64,000 bases of DNA from Gemmatimonadales bacterium (GTDB taxonomy: Bacteria; Gemmatimonadota; Gemmatimonadetes; Gemmatimonadales; GWC2-71-9): the NCBI GenBank assembly GCA_041577295.1, contig JBFGJG010000018.1, forward strand, positions 1 to 64,000, in the 5' to 3' direction. The notes beneath the pieces are model-generated. The model worked only from the letters and a program-made list of their open reading frames with translations. It was not told the DNA's origin and ran no database searches. The position numbers and the translations under genes were made by a program. Of the stretch, positions 24,630-33,540 are shown one piece after another (position 1 is the first letter of the stretch; every line of letters starts with the position of its first letter).

Positions 24630-25375
24630 GCGCCGTGCAGATCGCCATCGATACCGCTACAGACGTCGGTAGCGTCGCCGTAGGAGATGGGGAGCGAGTG
24701 TTGAGCGAGCTGACCATCGGGCAGCGACGCCACGCGGCCGCGCTCACGCCGGCCGTGGCCGAGGTCCTGCGTGTCGCCGGCGTGAGCTGGGATTCGGTGA
24801 CCGGCTTGATCGTAGCAGACGGCCCGGGGAGCTTTACGGGGTTGCGCATTGGTTTTGCCACCGCGAAGGGGATCCTGCAGGAGCGCGAGCGGTTGCGACT
24901 CTGGACGGCGCCCTCGCTGCTGTCAGCAGCATGCGCAGCGTGGGCCGTCGTGGGTGGGCCCGTCGCGGCAGTGTACGATGCGTTGCGGGGAGAAGTGTTC
25001 GCGGCGATGTATGACTTCGTGGATGGGGCGAGTGAACGGGGGACTGCGGTCCAGGTGCTTGTTCCGCCGTCGCTCACCACCGTTCAGGATCTCATGACGC
25101 AGTGTCCGGTAACACCAGTGGTTGCGGTGGGAGACGGTGCGGTGGCCTACAGAGATCATGTTGAACGGTGGACCGGTCGCGCTCCAATCGGGCCGTCACA
25201 GGGGTTCCCCCGGGCTGGGTCGCTGCTGGACTTATTCCCGCTGGATGGCGGCGTGACCGAGATCGAGTCCATCGCAGAGTACGAGCCCACGTACGGCCGC
25301 CTTGCCGAGGCACAGGTTCGATGGGAGCGGGCGCATGGAAGACCACTACCAGATACGACCGGCGAAGATCGGTGA
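24626..25375 (+). CDS. tsaB: t6A complex subunit TsaB
   Basis: AIDTAT, GPGSFTGLRIG, DALRGEV, EPTY. Confidence 0.94.
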   Translation: MSAVQIAIDTATDVGSVAVGDGERVLSELTIGQRRHAAALTPAVAEVLRVAGVSWDSVTGLIVADGPGSFTGLRIGFATAKGILQERERLRLWTAPSLLSAACAAWAVVGGPVAAVYDALRGEVFAAMYDFVDGASERGTAVQVLVPPSLTTVQDLMTQCPVTPVVAVGDGAVAYRDHVERWTGRAPIGPSQGFPRAGSLLDLFPLDGGVTEIESIAEYEPTYGRLAEAQVRWERAHGRPLPDTTGEDR

Positions 25376-25805
25376 CCTGAGCGAGGTGGCCGCGATCGAG
25401 CAGACCGTCTTTTCAGATCCGTGGTCGCCGGGCATGCTGCGGAGAGCGTTCGAGGACCAACTGGCTTTAGTAGCCGTGGACGAAGATGGAGCCGTGGTTG
25501 GGTATCTGCTCGCGTCAGCCATCGGGGACGAGGGTGAGATCCTCAACCTGGCAGTGCATCCGGCATATCGGCGTCGAGGGCTCGGGGCGAGGCTCACCAC
25601 CGAGGGGCTCGACCTGCTTCGCTTTCGAGGCGTCCGCCAAGTCTTTCTCGAGGTGCGCGAGTCGAACGCGGGCGCCCGGCGATTGTATCAAAGCCTCGGG
25701 TTTGAACCGGTGGCTCGCCGGCGGTGGTACTATCGAAACCCACGCGAGGACGCACTCATCCTCACCCGTGCGCTGCGGACCCTGCCGCGGGTATCGGCGG
25801 GATAG
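25335..25805 (+). CDS. rimI: Ribosomal protein S18-alanine N-acetyltransferase
   Basis: FSDPWS, EILNLAVHP..RRRGLG, LEVRESN..A..LY, YY..EDA. Confidence 0.92.
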   Translation: MEDHYQIRPAKIGDLSEVAAIEQTVFSDPWSPGMLRRAFEDQLALVAVDEDGAVVGYLLASAIGDEGEILNLAVHPAYRRRGLGARLTTEGLDLLRFRGVRQVFLEVRESNAGARRLYQSLGFEPVARRRWYYRNPREDALILTRALRTLPRVSAG

Positions 25806-25957
25806 GAGGCTAAAGAACCAGAAGGGGCTGGCACGGGAGGGCGGCGTAGAAGGGTCGAGGCAGCCTCGAGAAGGGCAAATGTCACACTTCGAGATCCCCA
25901 TTGATCACTGCCGACGCCCGAGCGCGCGTAAAATGGGTCAAAGTGGCGTATCTTTGA

Positions 25958-25986
25958 TTGACAAAAGGACTTAAAGCCCCTATAGT
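25958..25986 (+). promoter_or_regulatory. Near-consensus sigma70 promoter of ssb
   Basis: TTGACA (25958-25963), 17-nt spacer, TATAGT (25981-25986); GGAGG SD before the ssb TTG. Confidence 0.85.
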
Positions 25987-26029
25987 TTGTCGCCGTCCGG
26001 GCTCCACTCCCCACCATTTGGAGGTCGTT

Positions 26030-26509
26030 TTGAGTCGCAGTCTGAACAAAGTCATGCTCATCGGAAACTTGGGGGCGGACCCCGAAATCCGGACCACGGC
26101 CGGCGGTACCCGTGTCGCAACTCTGTCACTTGCGACCAGTCGTCAGTGGAACAACCAGGCTGGCGAGCGGCAAGAAAAGACGGAATGGCACCGGGTCGTG
26201 CTATGGAATAACCGAAACTCCGGTCTCGCCGACCTCGCCGAGAAGTACATGAGCAAAGGCGATCGGATCTACGTCGAGGGACGTATCGAATACCGGACGT
26301 GGGAAGATCGCGACGGCAATACGCGCTACAGCACCGAAGTGGTGGCGCGCGAGATCATCATGTTGTCGCCACGCGGTGGTGGCGGTGACATGGGTGGCAC
26401 GCCCGTCCCGGCTCGCAGCGCGCAGCGCGCGGGCGTCGAGGGGAAAACAGAGTCGTTCGACGATTTTCCAGAGGCTCTTGATGAGGAAGACGACGATCTC
26501 CCGTTCTAG
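26030..26509 (+). CDS. ssb: Single-stranded DNA-binding protein
   Basis: SLNKVMLIGNLGADPE, EKTEWHRV, VEGRI, acidic tail DDDLPF; TTG start with SD. Confidence 0.97.
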   Translation: MSRSLNKVMLIGNLGADPEIRTTAGGTRVATLSLATSRQWNNQAGERQEKTEWHRVVLWNNRNSGLADLAEKYMSKGDRIYVEGRIEYRTWEDRDGNTRYSTEVVAREIIMLSPRGGGGDMGGTPVPARSAQRAGVEGKTESFDDFPEALDEEDDDLPF

Positions 26510-27617
26510 CGCCGTTCTGCTCGCGCTCACCTTGGGTCTCCCCCTCATCGGGGGGCCGGCGCTGGTGGCGCAAGAACCTCAGCCAACCGTGCACATCGTG
26601 GCGCCGGGTGAAACACTCTGGTCGCTCGCCTCCCGGTATCTGGGGGATCCGCTGCTCTGGCCGGAGATCTACCGGATCAACACGGTCGTCGTGGAGGACC
26701 CGCATTGGATCTTCCCGGGAGAGGAACTTCGTCTCCAGGCGCTCCCCGCGGTCGCGATGGATACCACTGGTGTGATCGACGAACGCGCGGTCGGCGTGCG
26801 GCCACCCCCACCTACGCCCGCACCGCCTCCGCCCTCTACCGGCGGTGCCCCGAGCGTCTTCGCTCGCGGCACCGGCGGGGCAGAGGGGTTCATCGTGAGC
26901 ATTCGCGGCGATGCGTATCGGTACAAACCGCTCCGCCGCGGCGAGTTTTACTCCGCCGGATTCCTCACCGAGAAGGAGCGCTTGCCCTGGGCAGCGGTGG
27001 TGGGCGCCGTGGATCAGCCCAAGCTGCGCAACCTCCGAGGGAGTTCTCGGGCGCAACAGTTCGAAGAGATCGAATTGCGCGCCCCGGGCGGGGCTACGTA
27101 TCAGATCGGCGATTCAGTGCTGGTCGCTCGGCTGGGCCGCGAGTTGGACGATTGGGGCCGCGTGGTGGTACCCACTGGCATCGCGCGTGTTACGGCCCTC
27201 GGTGTCGGACTCATTCGGGCCGAGATTCTCGAGCAGTTTGGCCGGATCAATGATGGGCAATCTGCCTTGCCGCTGGAGCCCTTCCGTGATCCAGGGAGCG
27301 TGATTCCTGTTCCCGTGGAAAATGGAGCCATGGGGAGAGTGATCGCCCGAAGGGATCTCTCTCTCCTACCAGGTCAGCAAGATGTGGTATTCGTCGATTT
27401 GGGGCGTGTAGCTGGCGTTGTCCCAGGGGACGTCATCGAGGTTCTGCGAGAACGCGATGCCCGGGATGCGTTTGTCGACGTGCCGTGGGAGCAGGTTGGG
27501 ATCATGACCGTGGTGTTCGTTCGGGAGCGATCCTCGTCAGCAGTGCTCACCCACATCAACGATCTCGGGATCGAGGCGGGCGCTCCGGTGCGACTCATTA
27601 TGAAGATGCCCTCCTAA
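26481..27617 (+). CDS. Exported LysM peptidoglycan-binding protein, TsaP-like
   Basis: Signal peptide; GETLWSLASRYLGDPLLWPEIYRIN..DPHWIFPG LysM; Pro-rich linker; C-terminal beta domains. Confidence 0.8.
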   Translation: MRKTTISRSSAVLLALTLGLPLIGGPALVAQEPQPTVHIVAPGETLWSLASRYLGDPLLWPEIYRINTVVVEDPHWIFPGEELRLQALPAVAMDTTGVIDERAVGVRPPPPTPAPPPPSTGGAPSVFARGTGGAEGFIVSIRGDAYRYKPLRRGEFYSAGFLTEKERLPWAAVVGAVDQPKLRNLRGSSRAQQFEEIELRAPGGATYQIGDSVLVARLGRELDDWGRVVVPTGIARVTALGVGLIRAEILEQFGRINDGQSALPLEPFRDPGSVIPVPVENGAMGRVIARRDLSLLPGQQDVVFVDLGRVAGVVPGDVIEVLRERDARDAFVDVPWEQVGIMTVVFVRERSSSAVLTHINDLGIEAGAPVRLIMKMPS

Positions 27618-27687
27618 GACCGGATAGCATTTCATCTCCCACGGCGCCGAAGAGATCACACCGAGCTCCAGCGCTCTCTATGTCCAA

Positions 27688-27713
27688 CGGAGTGACGATT
27701 CCTCGTCACTCCG
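27688..27713. other. Perfect 11-bp inverted repeat (hairpin or operator)
   Basis: CGGAGTGACGA-TTCC-TCGTCACTCCG between the LysM gene and the galE-like/tol operon. Confidence 0.7.
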
Positions 27714-27870
27714 ACATCCGTGTGGGCGCAGAATTCGATGCGTCTCGGGTTGGTGATGGAGCGATGGCACTCTCTCCTCCACTTCAGCGTCATGCATCAT
27801 CGCGTAAAGAGTCATACCATCCCGTCTGTCATACAACAAAAGTGGTAATCGGCGGAGGATTAGTAGAACG

Positions 27871-28824
27871 ATGACGGAACGAGTGCTGGTGACCGGGGGA
27901 GCGGGCTTCATCGGGTCTCACGTGGTCGAAGCCTATCTCGCGGAGGGGTACGACGTGATCGCGCTGGATAATCTCTCGAGCGGCAGACGCGCCAATGTGC
28001 CTCCGGGCGTGCAGCTCGTCGAGGCAGATGTAGGCTCGTCAACCGCGCGGCAGCTTCTGGCGGAAGGCGGCTTCACCGTGTTGAACCACCACGCGGCACA
28101 GATGGACGTGCGTGTCTCGGTGACTGACCCCGAGTTCGATGCGCGCGAGAACATCATGGGGTTGCTCAACCTGTTGGAGGGCGCCCGTGCGGGTGGGGTC
28201 CGGCGCGTCGTGTTCGCCTCGTCAGGTGGTGTGGTATACGGCGAGAGTGATGACCTGCCACACGCTGAAACGGCACCTAAGCTTCCCGTTTCCCCTTACG
28301 GGGTGAGTAAGCTCACGTCGGAGTATTATTTGGGCGCGTATATGCAGCTCCACGGTCTGGAGTCTGTGTCCCTCCGTTACGCTAACGTCTACGGGCCGCG
28401 ACAGAGTCCACACGGGGAGGCTGGCGTGGTGGCCATCTTTGGCAATCGCCTGCGGCGGGGAGAGTCACTCACCATTTTCGGGGATGGGCAGCAGACGCGT
28501 GACTATGTCTTTGTGAAGGACGTAGCGCGCGCCAACGTCCTCGCAACCGGCTGGTCCATACCCGGACACATCGACACGATCGACGACGTGGCGTTCAACG
28601 TGGGCACGGCGACGGAGACTAGCGTCTTACAATTAGCGGAAGGGCTTCGCGCCGCGACCAACGTGCGCGCATCGATCCAGCACGCACCGGCCCGCCAAGG
28701 GGAGCTGCAGCGGAGCGCCGTTGCGATTGAGAAGGCGAGCGAGCTGATGACCTGGCGGCCGGAGGTCAAGCTGGTGGGCGGTCTCCGCCTCACGTACGAG
28801 TGGATCCTCGAGGCTGCCGCGTGA
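27871..28824 (+). CDS. NAD-dependent epimerase/dehydratase, UDP-glucose 4-epimerase-like
   Basis: VTGGAGFIGSH, HHAAQMDVR.SV, SPYGVSK, RYANVYGPRQ..GEAGVV. Confidence 0.88.
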   Translation: MTERVLVTGGAGFIGSHVVEAYLAEGYDVIALDNLSSGRRANVPPGVQLVEADVGSSTARQLLAEGGFTVLNHHAAQMDVRVSVTDPEFDARENIMGLLNLLEGARAGGVRRVVFASSGGVVYGESDDLPHAETAPKLPVSPYGVSKLTSEYYLGAYMQLHGLESVSLRYANVYGPRQSPHGEAGVVAIFGNRLRRGESLTIFGDGQQTRDYVFVKDVARANVLATGWSIPGHIDTIDDVAFNVGTATETSVLQLAEGLRAATNVRASIQHAPARQGELQRSAVAIEKASELMTWRPEVKLVGGLRLTYEWILEAAA

Positions 28825-29531
28825 TGTTCCAAGTGGGAGGGGCTCTTCCCAGCACGGTCTGGGAGCTGATTCAGGTCTCCAGCGCGGCCACGAAAGTCGT
28901 TCTGATAGTGCTGGTCGTGTTTTCGCTGATCTGCTGGTTTCTGATCCTGCTCAAGGCGTTGCATTTCCGCCGGATCCGCAAGCGCGGGGATAAGTTCTTT
29001 GCCGCGTTGCAACGGACCACCCAGCTTCACGAGGCGTATCATGTAGTGATGAAGCTGCCACCTTCTCCCTATGGTCGTCTGTTGCGCGAGGGGGTGAACT
29101 TCCTTTCGGAGCTCAAGCCCGGAGCTCTCGAGGAGGGGCAGGAGCTGCGAGACGTTCTCACGCCCACACAGCTGGATGCTCTACGCATGGTGTTGGCCAA
29201 GGAGATCAGTGCCGAGCGCGACCTCATGGCGCAGTTTATTCCGTGGCTGGCCACGATCGGCTCAGTGAGCCCCTTGCTCGGGTTGCTGGGGACCGTCCTC
29301 GGGGTCATGGATGCGTTCCTGGGGATCGCCGCGGGTGGATCGGGGAACATCTCGGCCGTGGCACCCGGGGTGGCCGAGGCGCTGATCACCACCGTGCTGG
29401 GTCTGGCCGTCGCAATCCCGGCCATCATCGCCTACAATCTCTTTGTAAACCGGTTGGGTATCTTTGCTGGTGAGCTCGAAGGGTTCGCCCACGAGATCGT
29501 CGGGACGATGGCCCGTGAAGGCAGGATTTGA
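28824..29531 (+). CDS. tolQ: TolQ (MotA/TolQ/ExbB family)
   Basis: LATIGSVSPLLGLLGTV.G, APGVAEALITT..GL.VAIPA; first gene of a tol-pal cluster. Confidence 0.92.
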   Translation: MFQVGGALPSTVWELIQVSSAATKVVLIVLVVFSLICWFLILLKALHFRRIRKRGDKFFAALQRTTQLHEAYHVVMKLPPSPYGRLLREGVNFLSELKPGALEEGQELRDVLTPTQLDALRMVLAKEISAERDLMAQFIPWLATIGSVSPLLGLLGTVLGVMDAFLGIAAGGSGNISAVAPGVAEALITTVLGLAVAIPAIIAYNLFVNRLGIFAGELEGFAHEIVGTMAREGRI

Positions 29532-29534
29532 CGC

Positions 29535-29957
29535 ATGAACCGAGGCGGGCTGCGTGGCCACGGGGAACTCCCTCTGGTATCGGATATCAACGTCACATCG
29601 CTGGTGGACGTAGCGTTTGTCCTGCTCATCATTTTCATGATCACCGCACCCATCATGCAGGGTGGGGTGGATGTGCAGCTCCCGAGAGCGGAGGCCAGAC
29701 CCCTTCAGCCCAAGGAGGGGTTGATCGTGTCGGTGGATCGGCAAAGCCGGATCTACGTCGACGACACCCCGCTGTCCTATGAGGATTTCCGCGCCACCTT
29801 CCAAGCCATAGTGTCCGCCAGACAGCCCAGTGGTGTCTACTTGCGTGCCGATCGCCGGGTGAGCTACGGCGATGTGGTGCGGGTTTTGGCCGTCATGCGC
29901 CCCTCGGGGGTGGCGGATGTTGGTCTAGTGGCGGAATCGGAGGACGTGGGACGGTGA
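29535..29957 (+). CDS. tolR: TolR/ExbD family protein
   Basis: DINVTSLVDVAFVLLIIFMITAP, LRADRRVSYG. Confidence 0.92.
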   Translation: MNRGGLRGHGELPLVSDINVTSLVDVAFVLLIIFMITAPIMQGGVDVQLPRAEARPLQPKEGLIVSVDRQSRIYVDDTPLSYEDFRATFQAIVSARQPSGVYLRADRRVSYGDVVRVLAVMRPSGVADVGLVAESEDVGR

Positions 29958-30655
29958 GTCCAGGGTGGAGGAGCAAGCCAAAACGGGAGCGCCGCGGCGG
30001 CAGCGTTGCCTTTGTTGGCACACTCACGCTGCACGGTATCGTGCTTGGCGTGATGTTGTGGTCCCCTGCGGTGGCGCGGCCCGCGGTTCCGCCAGTCTAC
30101 CGCGTGTCGCTTGTGGCCGCTCCGGAGCCCACACCCCAGGTGCGCAGGGCTCCCGAAGTCGTTCAGCGGCCCGCGGAACGCCCTGCCCCCGTCACGCCGC
30201 AGCCGCCCCGCCGCACCTCGGTGGCAAAGACACCCCCGCCCCCAACCAAGACCGATACGGAGCGGGAACCCGCCCCCCGCACCAATCCCACAGAGGAGCT
30301 TGCGCCCGGAGCCAAGCCCTCGACGGGGACGGATGTGGCGACCGTCAAGACCGAGGGCGTCGAGTTCGCCTACCCCGAGTACCTGCGCAACATCGTCGCC
30401 CAGATTTACCGCCGGTGGCACCGTCCAACTGGCGTCCAGTCGTTTCGGGCAGAGATCATGTTCTTCATCCATCGCGACGGCAGGATCTCGAACCTGCAGT
30501 TCATACGGCGCTCGGGGAACTTCGCGTTCGATTTGGAGGCTCAGGGGGCCATTGAGGCGGCTGGAACCTCCGGCGCCTTTGGTCCACTCCCCAGCGGTTA
30601 TCCCGCGGACGTGCTCCCTGTGAACTTCTTCTTCGATCCAGAGCGCGTGCAATGA
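29954..30655 (+). CDS. tolA: TolA/TonB-like energy transducer
   Basis: N-terminal TM with His, Pro-rich linker, C-terminal domain YLRNI...W...RSGN..FD..A; position between tolR and tolB. Confidence 0.8.
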   Translation: MSPGWRSKPKRERRGGSVAFVGTLTLHGIVLGVMLWSPAVARPAVPPVYRVSLVAAPEPTPQVRRAPEVVQRPAERPAPVTPQPPRRTSVAKTPPPPTKTDTEREPAPRTNPTEELAPGAKPSTGTDVATVKTEGVEFAYPEYLRNIVAQIYRRWHRPTGVQSFRAEIMFFIHRDGRISNLQFIRRSGNFAFDLEAQGAIEAAGTSGAFGPLPSGYPADVLPVNFFFDPERVQ

Positions 30656-32028
30656 GGTCCTGGCTGGCCAATACCGGGATCGTAACGATGCTGGTCGCCC
30701 TCGGCGCACCCGGGGCCATCGCCCAAGATACGATCCCGCCGGTCGAAGGAGGCGTGCGGCTGGGCATCACCTACACGCCGGGCATGCGTCCTGGCATGCT
30801 GGTGCTCGGCGGACCGCGAACGGAGCTGCTCGATTCAGTGCGAACGATCCTTCAACGGGATCTGGATTTCAGCGATCAGTTTGAGGTCATCACGCTCCCG
30901 GAGGGTGATGGTCTCATGATCGGGATCAGTGGTGGCTCGGCGGCGGCAAGCGGCTCCACCTTGGGTCCGTTCGTCAACTACCCCCTGTACGCGGCACTGG
31001 GGGCCGATTACGCGGTGGGGGTGCTGATGGCCCCCGATTCGACACGCTTCACCGTCAGCTTGTACGACGTGCGAGGTGAGTCGGTCCGACGGCAGTTCCC
31101 GCTCCCGGTTGGCGCGGTGTCGGACCCAGACTTCAGGATGGCGCTCCATCGGGTGGCTGACGGTCTGGTCCGTGGCGCCACCGGGATCCCGGGGGTCGCC
31201 GCCACGCGCATCGCCTATATCGTCGGAAAGCAGCTGTACGTGACGGATGCCGACGGCCATGGCATCCGGGCCATTCCTACAGGCGGATCCGCCTTTTCGC
31301 CAACGTGGGATCCCAACGGCAAGCGGCTGGTGTATAGCGAGTTGGACCAGGGCCTCGGACGGCTCTACCTGCACGATCTCGAGTCCGAAAGACGCCGCCT
31401 CATTCCGTCCACGGACGATGGGCTGAACTTCGCGGCTGCATTCTCACCGGACGGCCGTCTCCTGGCGTTTTCCCGCGGGGGAGAGGACGGGACCCATATT
31501 TTTTCTTATAACCTCGCTCAGGACTGTTGTTTACAGCGCTTGACGGTAGGACGGTTTTCCGATAACCTATCCCCGACATTCAGCCCCGATGGACGACGCG
31601 TCGCATTTGTGTCGACCCGTGTCGGGTTACCACAGATCTACGTGATGTCTGCCGATGGAACGGGGCAGGAGCTGTTCGCACCATTTGATTACGGAGTGAC
31701 CGGCAGCTCGAACGCGCCCGAGTGGTCGCCGGACGGGACGCAACTGGCGTTCCACCGCGACGTCGCAGGAAGTCCTCAGGTGTTTCTCATGAACGCGCGC
31801 TCGAGGGAGGTACGGCAGCTCACCAGTGCAGGTCGCAACGAGGACCCGTCCTGGGCGCCGGACGGCAGACACATCGCATTCATCTCGAATCGAAGCGGAT
31901 CCCGTCAGGTATGGATCATCGACACGGAGACTGGACGAGTGCGGCAGTTGACGAGTAGCGGGAACGCGCGGCTCCCCGCGTGGTCTCCAGCAATCCCTGA
32001 GCCTTCCAACCCCTTAAGGCAGGAGTGA
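30652..32028 (+). CDS. tolB: TolB beta-propeller protein
   Basis: Signal peptide, RDLDFSD.F, multiple PD40 repeats (P.FSPDG, PSWAPDG). Confidence 0.92.
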   Translation: MRSWLANTGIVTMLVALGAPGAIAQDTIPPVEGGVRLGITYTPGMRPGMLVLGGPRTELLDSVRTILQRDLDFSDQFEVITLPEGDGLMIGISGGSAAASGSTLGPFVNYPLYAALGADYAVGVLMAPDSTRFTVSLYDVRGESVRRQFPLPVGAVSDPDFRMALHRVADGLVRGATGIPGVAATRIAYIVGKQLYVTDADGHGIRAIPTGGSAFSPTWDPNGKRLVYSELDQGLGRLYLHDLESERRRLIPSTDDGLNFAAAFSPDGRLLAFSRGGEDGTHIFSYNLAQDCCLQRLTVGRFSDNLSPTFSPDGRRVAFVSTRVGLPQIYVMSADGTGQELFAPFDYGVTGSSNAPEWSPDGTQLAFHRDVAGSPQVFLMNARSREVRQLTSAGRNEDPSWAPDGRHIAFISNRSGSRQVWIIDTETGRVRQLTSSGNARLPAWSPAIPEPSNPLRQE

Positions 32029-32651
32029 CGATGCGACTGAGCGTTCCAATTTCCGCTGGGCTTGCCGTGATCCTCATTGCCGCAGCATGCGGCGGTGGCC
32101 AGCCCCAAGTGGCCGTCGGCCCGGATCCCGATTCCATCGCCCGCGAACAGCGCATCCGGGACTCCATTGCGGCGGCAGAGCGTGCCCGACGCGACAGTAT
32201 CGCGCGGGCCGAAGAGGCCAGGCGACGCGCCCGGGAGGACTCCATTGCCCGCGCGCGCGCCGAGATGGAAGCGGTCCGCGCGATGATCGCGGAGCGTATC
32301 CACTTCGACTACGATCGGTCGAACATTCGCCCCGGTCAGGACACGCAGGTGCTCGAGCAAAAGCTGCGCATCCTGCAGGCGAATCCGGCGCTCCGTATCG
32401 AGATTGTGGGTCACTGTGATGAGCGCGGCTCCGATGAGTACAACCTTGCCTTGGGCCAACGGCGTTCGCTCGCCGCCAAGCAGTTCCTGGTCGATCGAGG
32501 GATCAATACGGATCGCATTTCGGTACGATCTATGGGAGAGGAGCAACCACTCGATCGGGCATCGAATGAGTCCGCCTGGGCGATGAATCGGCGCGATGAG
32601 TTCATCATCATTGCCGGAGGAGATCAGCTTCGCAGGCCACCGGGAATGTGA
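32025..32651 (+). CDS. pal: Peptidoglycan-associated lipoprotein
   Basis: Lipobox IAAAC; IHFDYD, GHCDERGSDEYNLALGQRR, NRRDEF. Confidence 0.93.
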   Translation: MTMRLSVPISAGLAVILIAAACGGGQPQVAVGPDPDSIAREQRIRDSIAAAERARRDSIARAEEARRRAREDSIARARAEMEAVRAMIAERIHFDYDRSNIRPGQDTQVLEQKLRILQANPALRIEIVGHCDERGSDEYNLALGQRRSLAAKQFLVDRGINTDRISVRSMGEEQPLDRASNESAWAMNRRDEFIIIAGGDQLRRPPGM

Positions 32652-33472
32652 CGCGTTCTGTCCTTTTTCTCGCGGCGAGCGTCGCCCTGAGCGGCTGTGC
32701 CCTCAAGGGCGACGTTCGCCGTGTTGAGGCCCAGGTTCAACAGCTGACCGCAGAATCGGCACGCGCCGATTCGACGCGCGTGGCGCAGCTCGAGCACGTC
32801 ATTGCGTTGCTGGACTCGCTCGTGTTCGAGCAGCGGCGCATCGCCACGGCGTACGGTGACATGCGGAGTGACATGACCGAGGTGCAGCGCCAGCTGCTGC
32901 AGATTCAGGAGCTGGCGGGTCAAAGCCAGGCCAGGCTTTCCGAGTTGCGCTCGCAGATTCAAATGCGTCAGGATCCGCTCGCCCAGTCACCTGCAGATCC
33001 CTTGAGCCCCCCACCTGCGCAGCCTACTGGTCCGACACGGGGAGCCGCCCCTGCCCAGCAGCGGCCGCCGGCGCCGAGCGGGCCGACGCTGTCCGCCCAG
33101 GAGCTGTACGACCTTTCGCTTCAACAGCTGCGGCGGGGAAGCCCTGAGACGGCGCGTGCGGGCTTTCGCAAACTGCTGCAGGATTATCCCAACAATGCTC
33201 TGGCTGCCGACGCGCAGTTTCTCATTGGCGAGTCGTGGGATCAGACCAATGCCGACTCCGCCAAGGCCGAGTACGAGCTGGTGGTACGGCAGTACCCGGA
33301 CTCCCGGCGCGCACCTGCGGCGCTCTACAAGCTCGGGCTGAATGCCGAACGGCGCGGGGATCTCGAGGGCGCGAGGCTGTACTACCTTCGTGTCGTGTCG
33401 GGGTATCCACGATCCGATGAAGCAGAGCTGGCCCGCGCCAAACTCAACAGCCCAGACGGCACCGAACCATAG
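32648..33472 (+). CDS. cpoB: Tol-Pal protein CpoB/YbgF, lipoprotein form
   Basis: Lipobox LSGC, coiled coil, TPRs (YPNN.LA.DAQF..GE, APAALYKLG, YPRSDEA); follows pal. Confidence 0.88.
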   Translation: MTRSVLFLAASVALSGCALKGDVRRVEAQVQQLTAESARADSTRVAQLEHVIALLDSLVFEQRRIATAYGDMRSDMTEVQRQLLQIQELAGQSQARLSELRSQIQMRQDPLAQSPADPLSPPPAQPTGPTRGAAPAQQRPPAPSGPTLSAQELYDLSLQQLRRGSPETARAGFRKLLQDYPNNALAADAQFLIGESWDQTNADSAKAEYELVVRQYPDSRRAPAALYKLGLNAERRGDLEGARLYYLRVVSGYPRSDEAELARAKLNSPDGTEP

Positions 33473-33540
33473 GGAGTAGGACGTGAGGATCGTGCGCTCC
33501 TCACTCCATACTCCTCACCGCTAGCGGTCGTCAGACCTCC

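Noticed and set aside
27766..27781. Possible sigma54 promoter TGGCAC before the galE-like gene (also CTGGCACG near 25828)
   Set aside because: No GC at the -12 position with the required 10-nt spacing.
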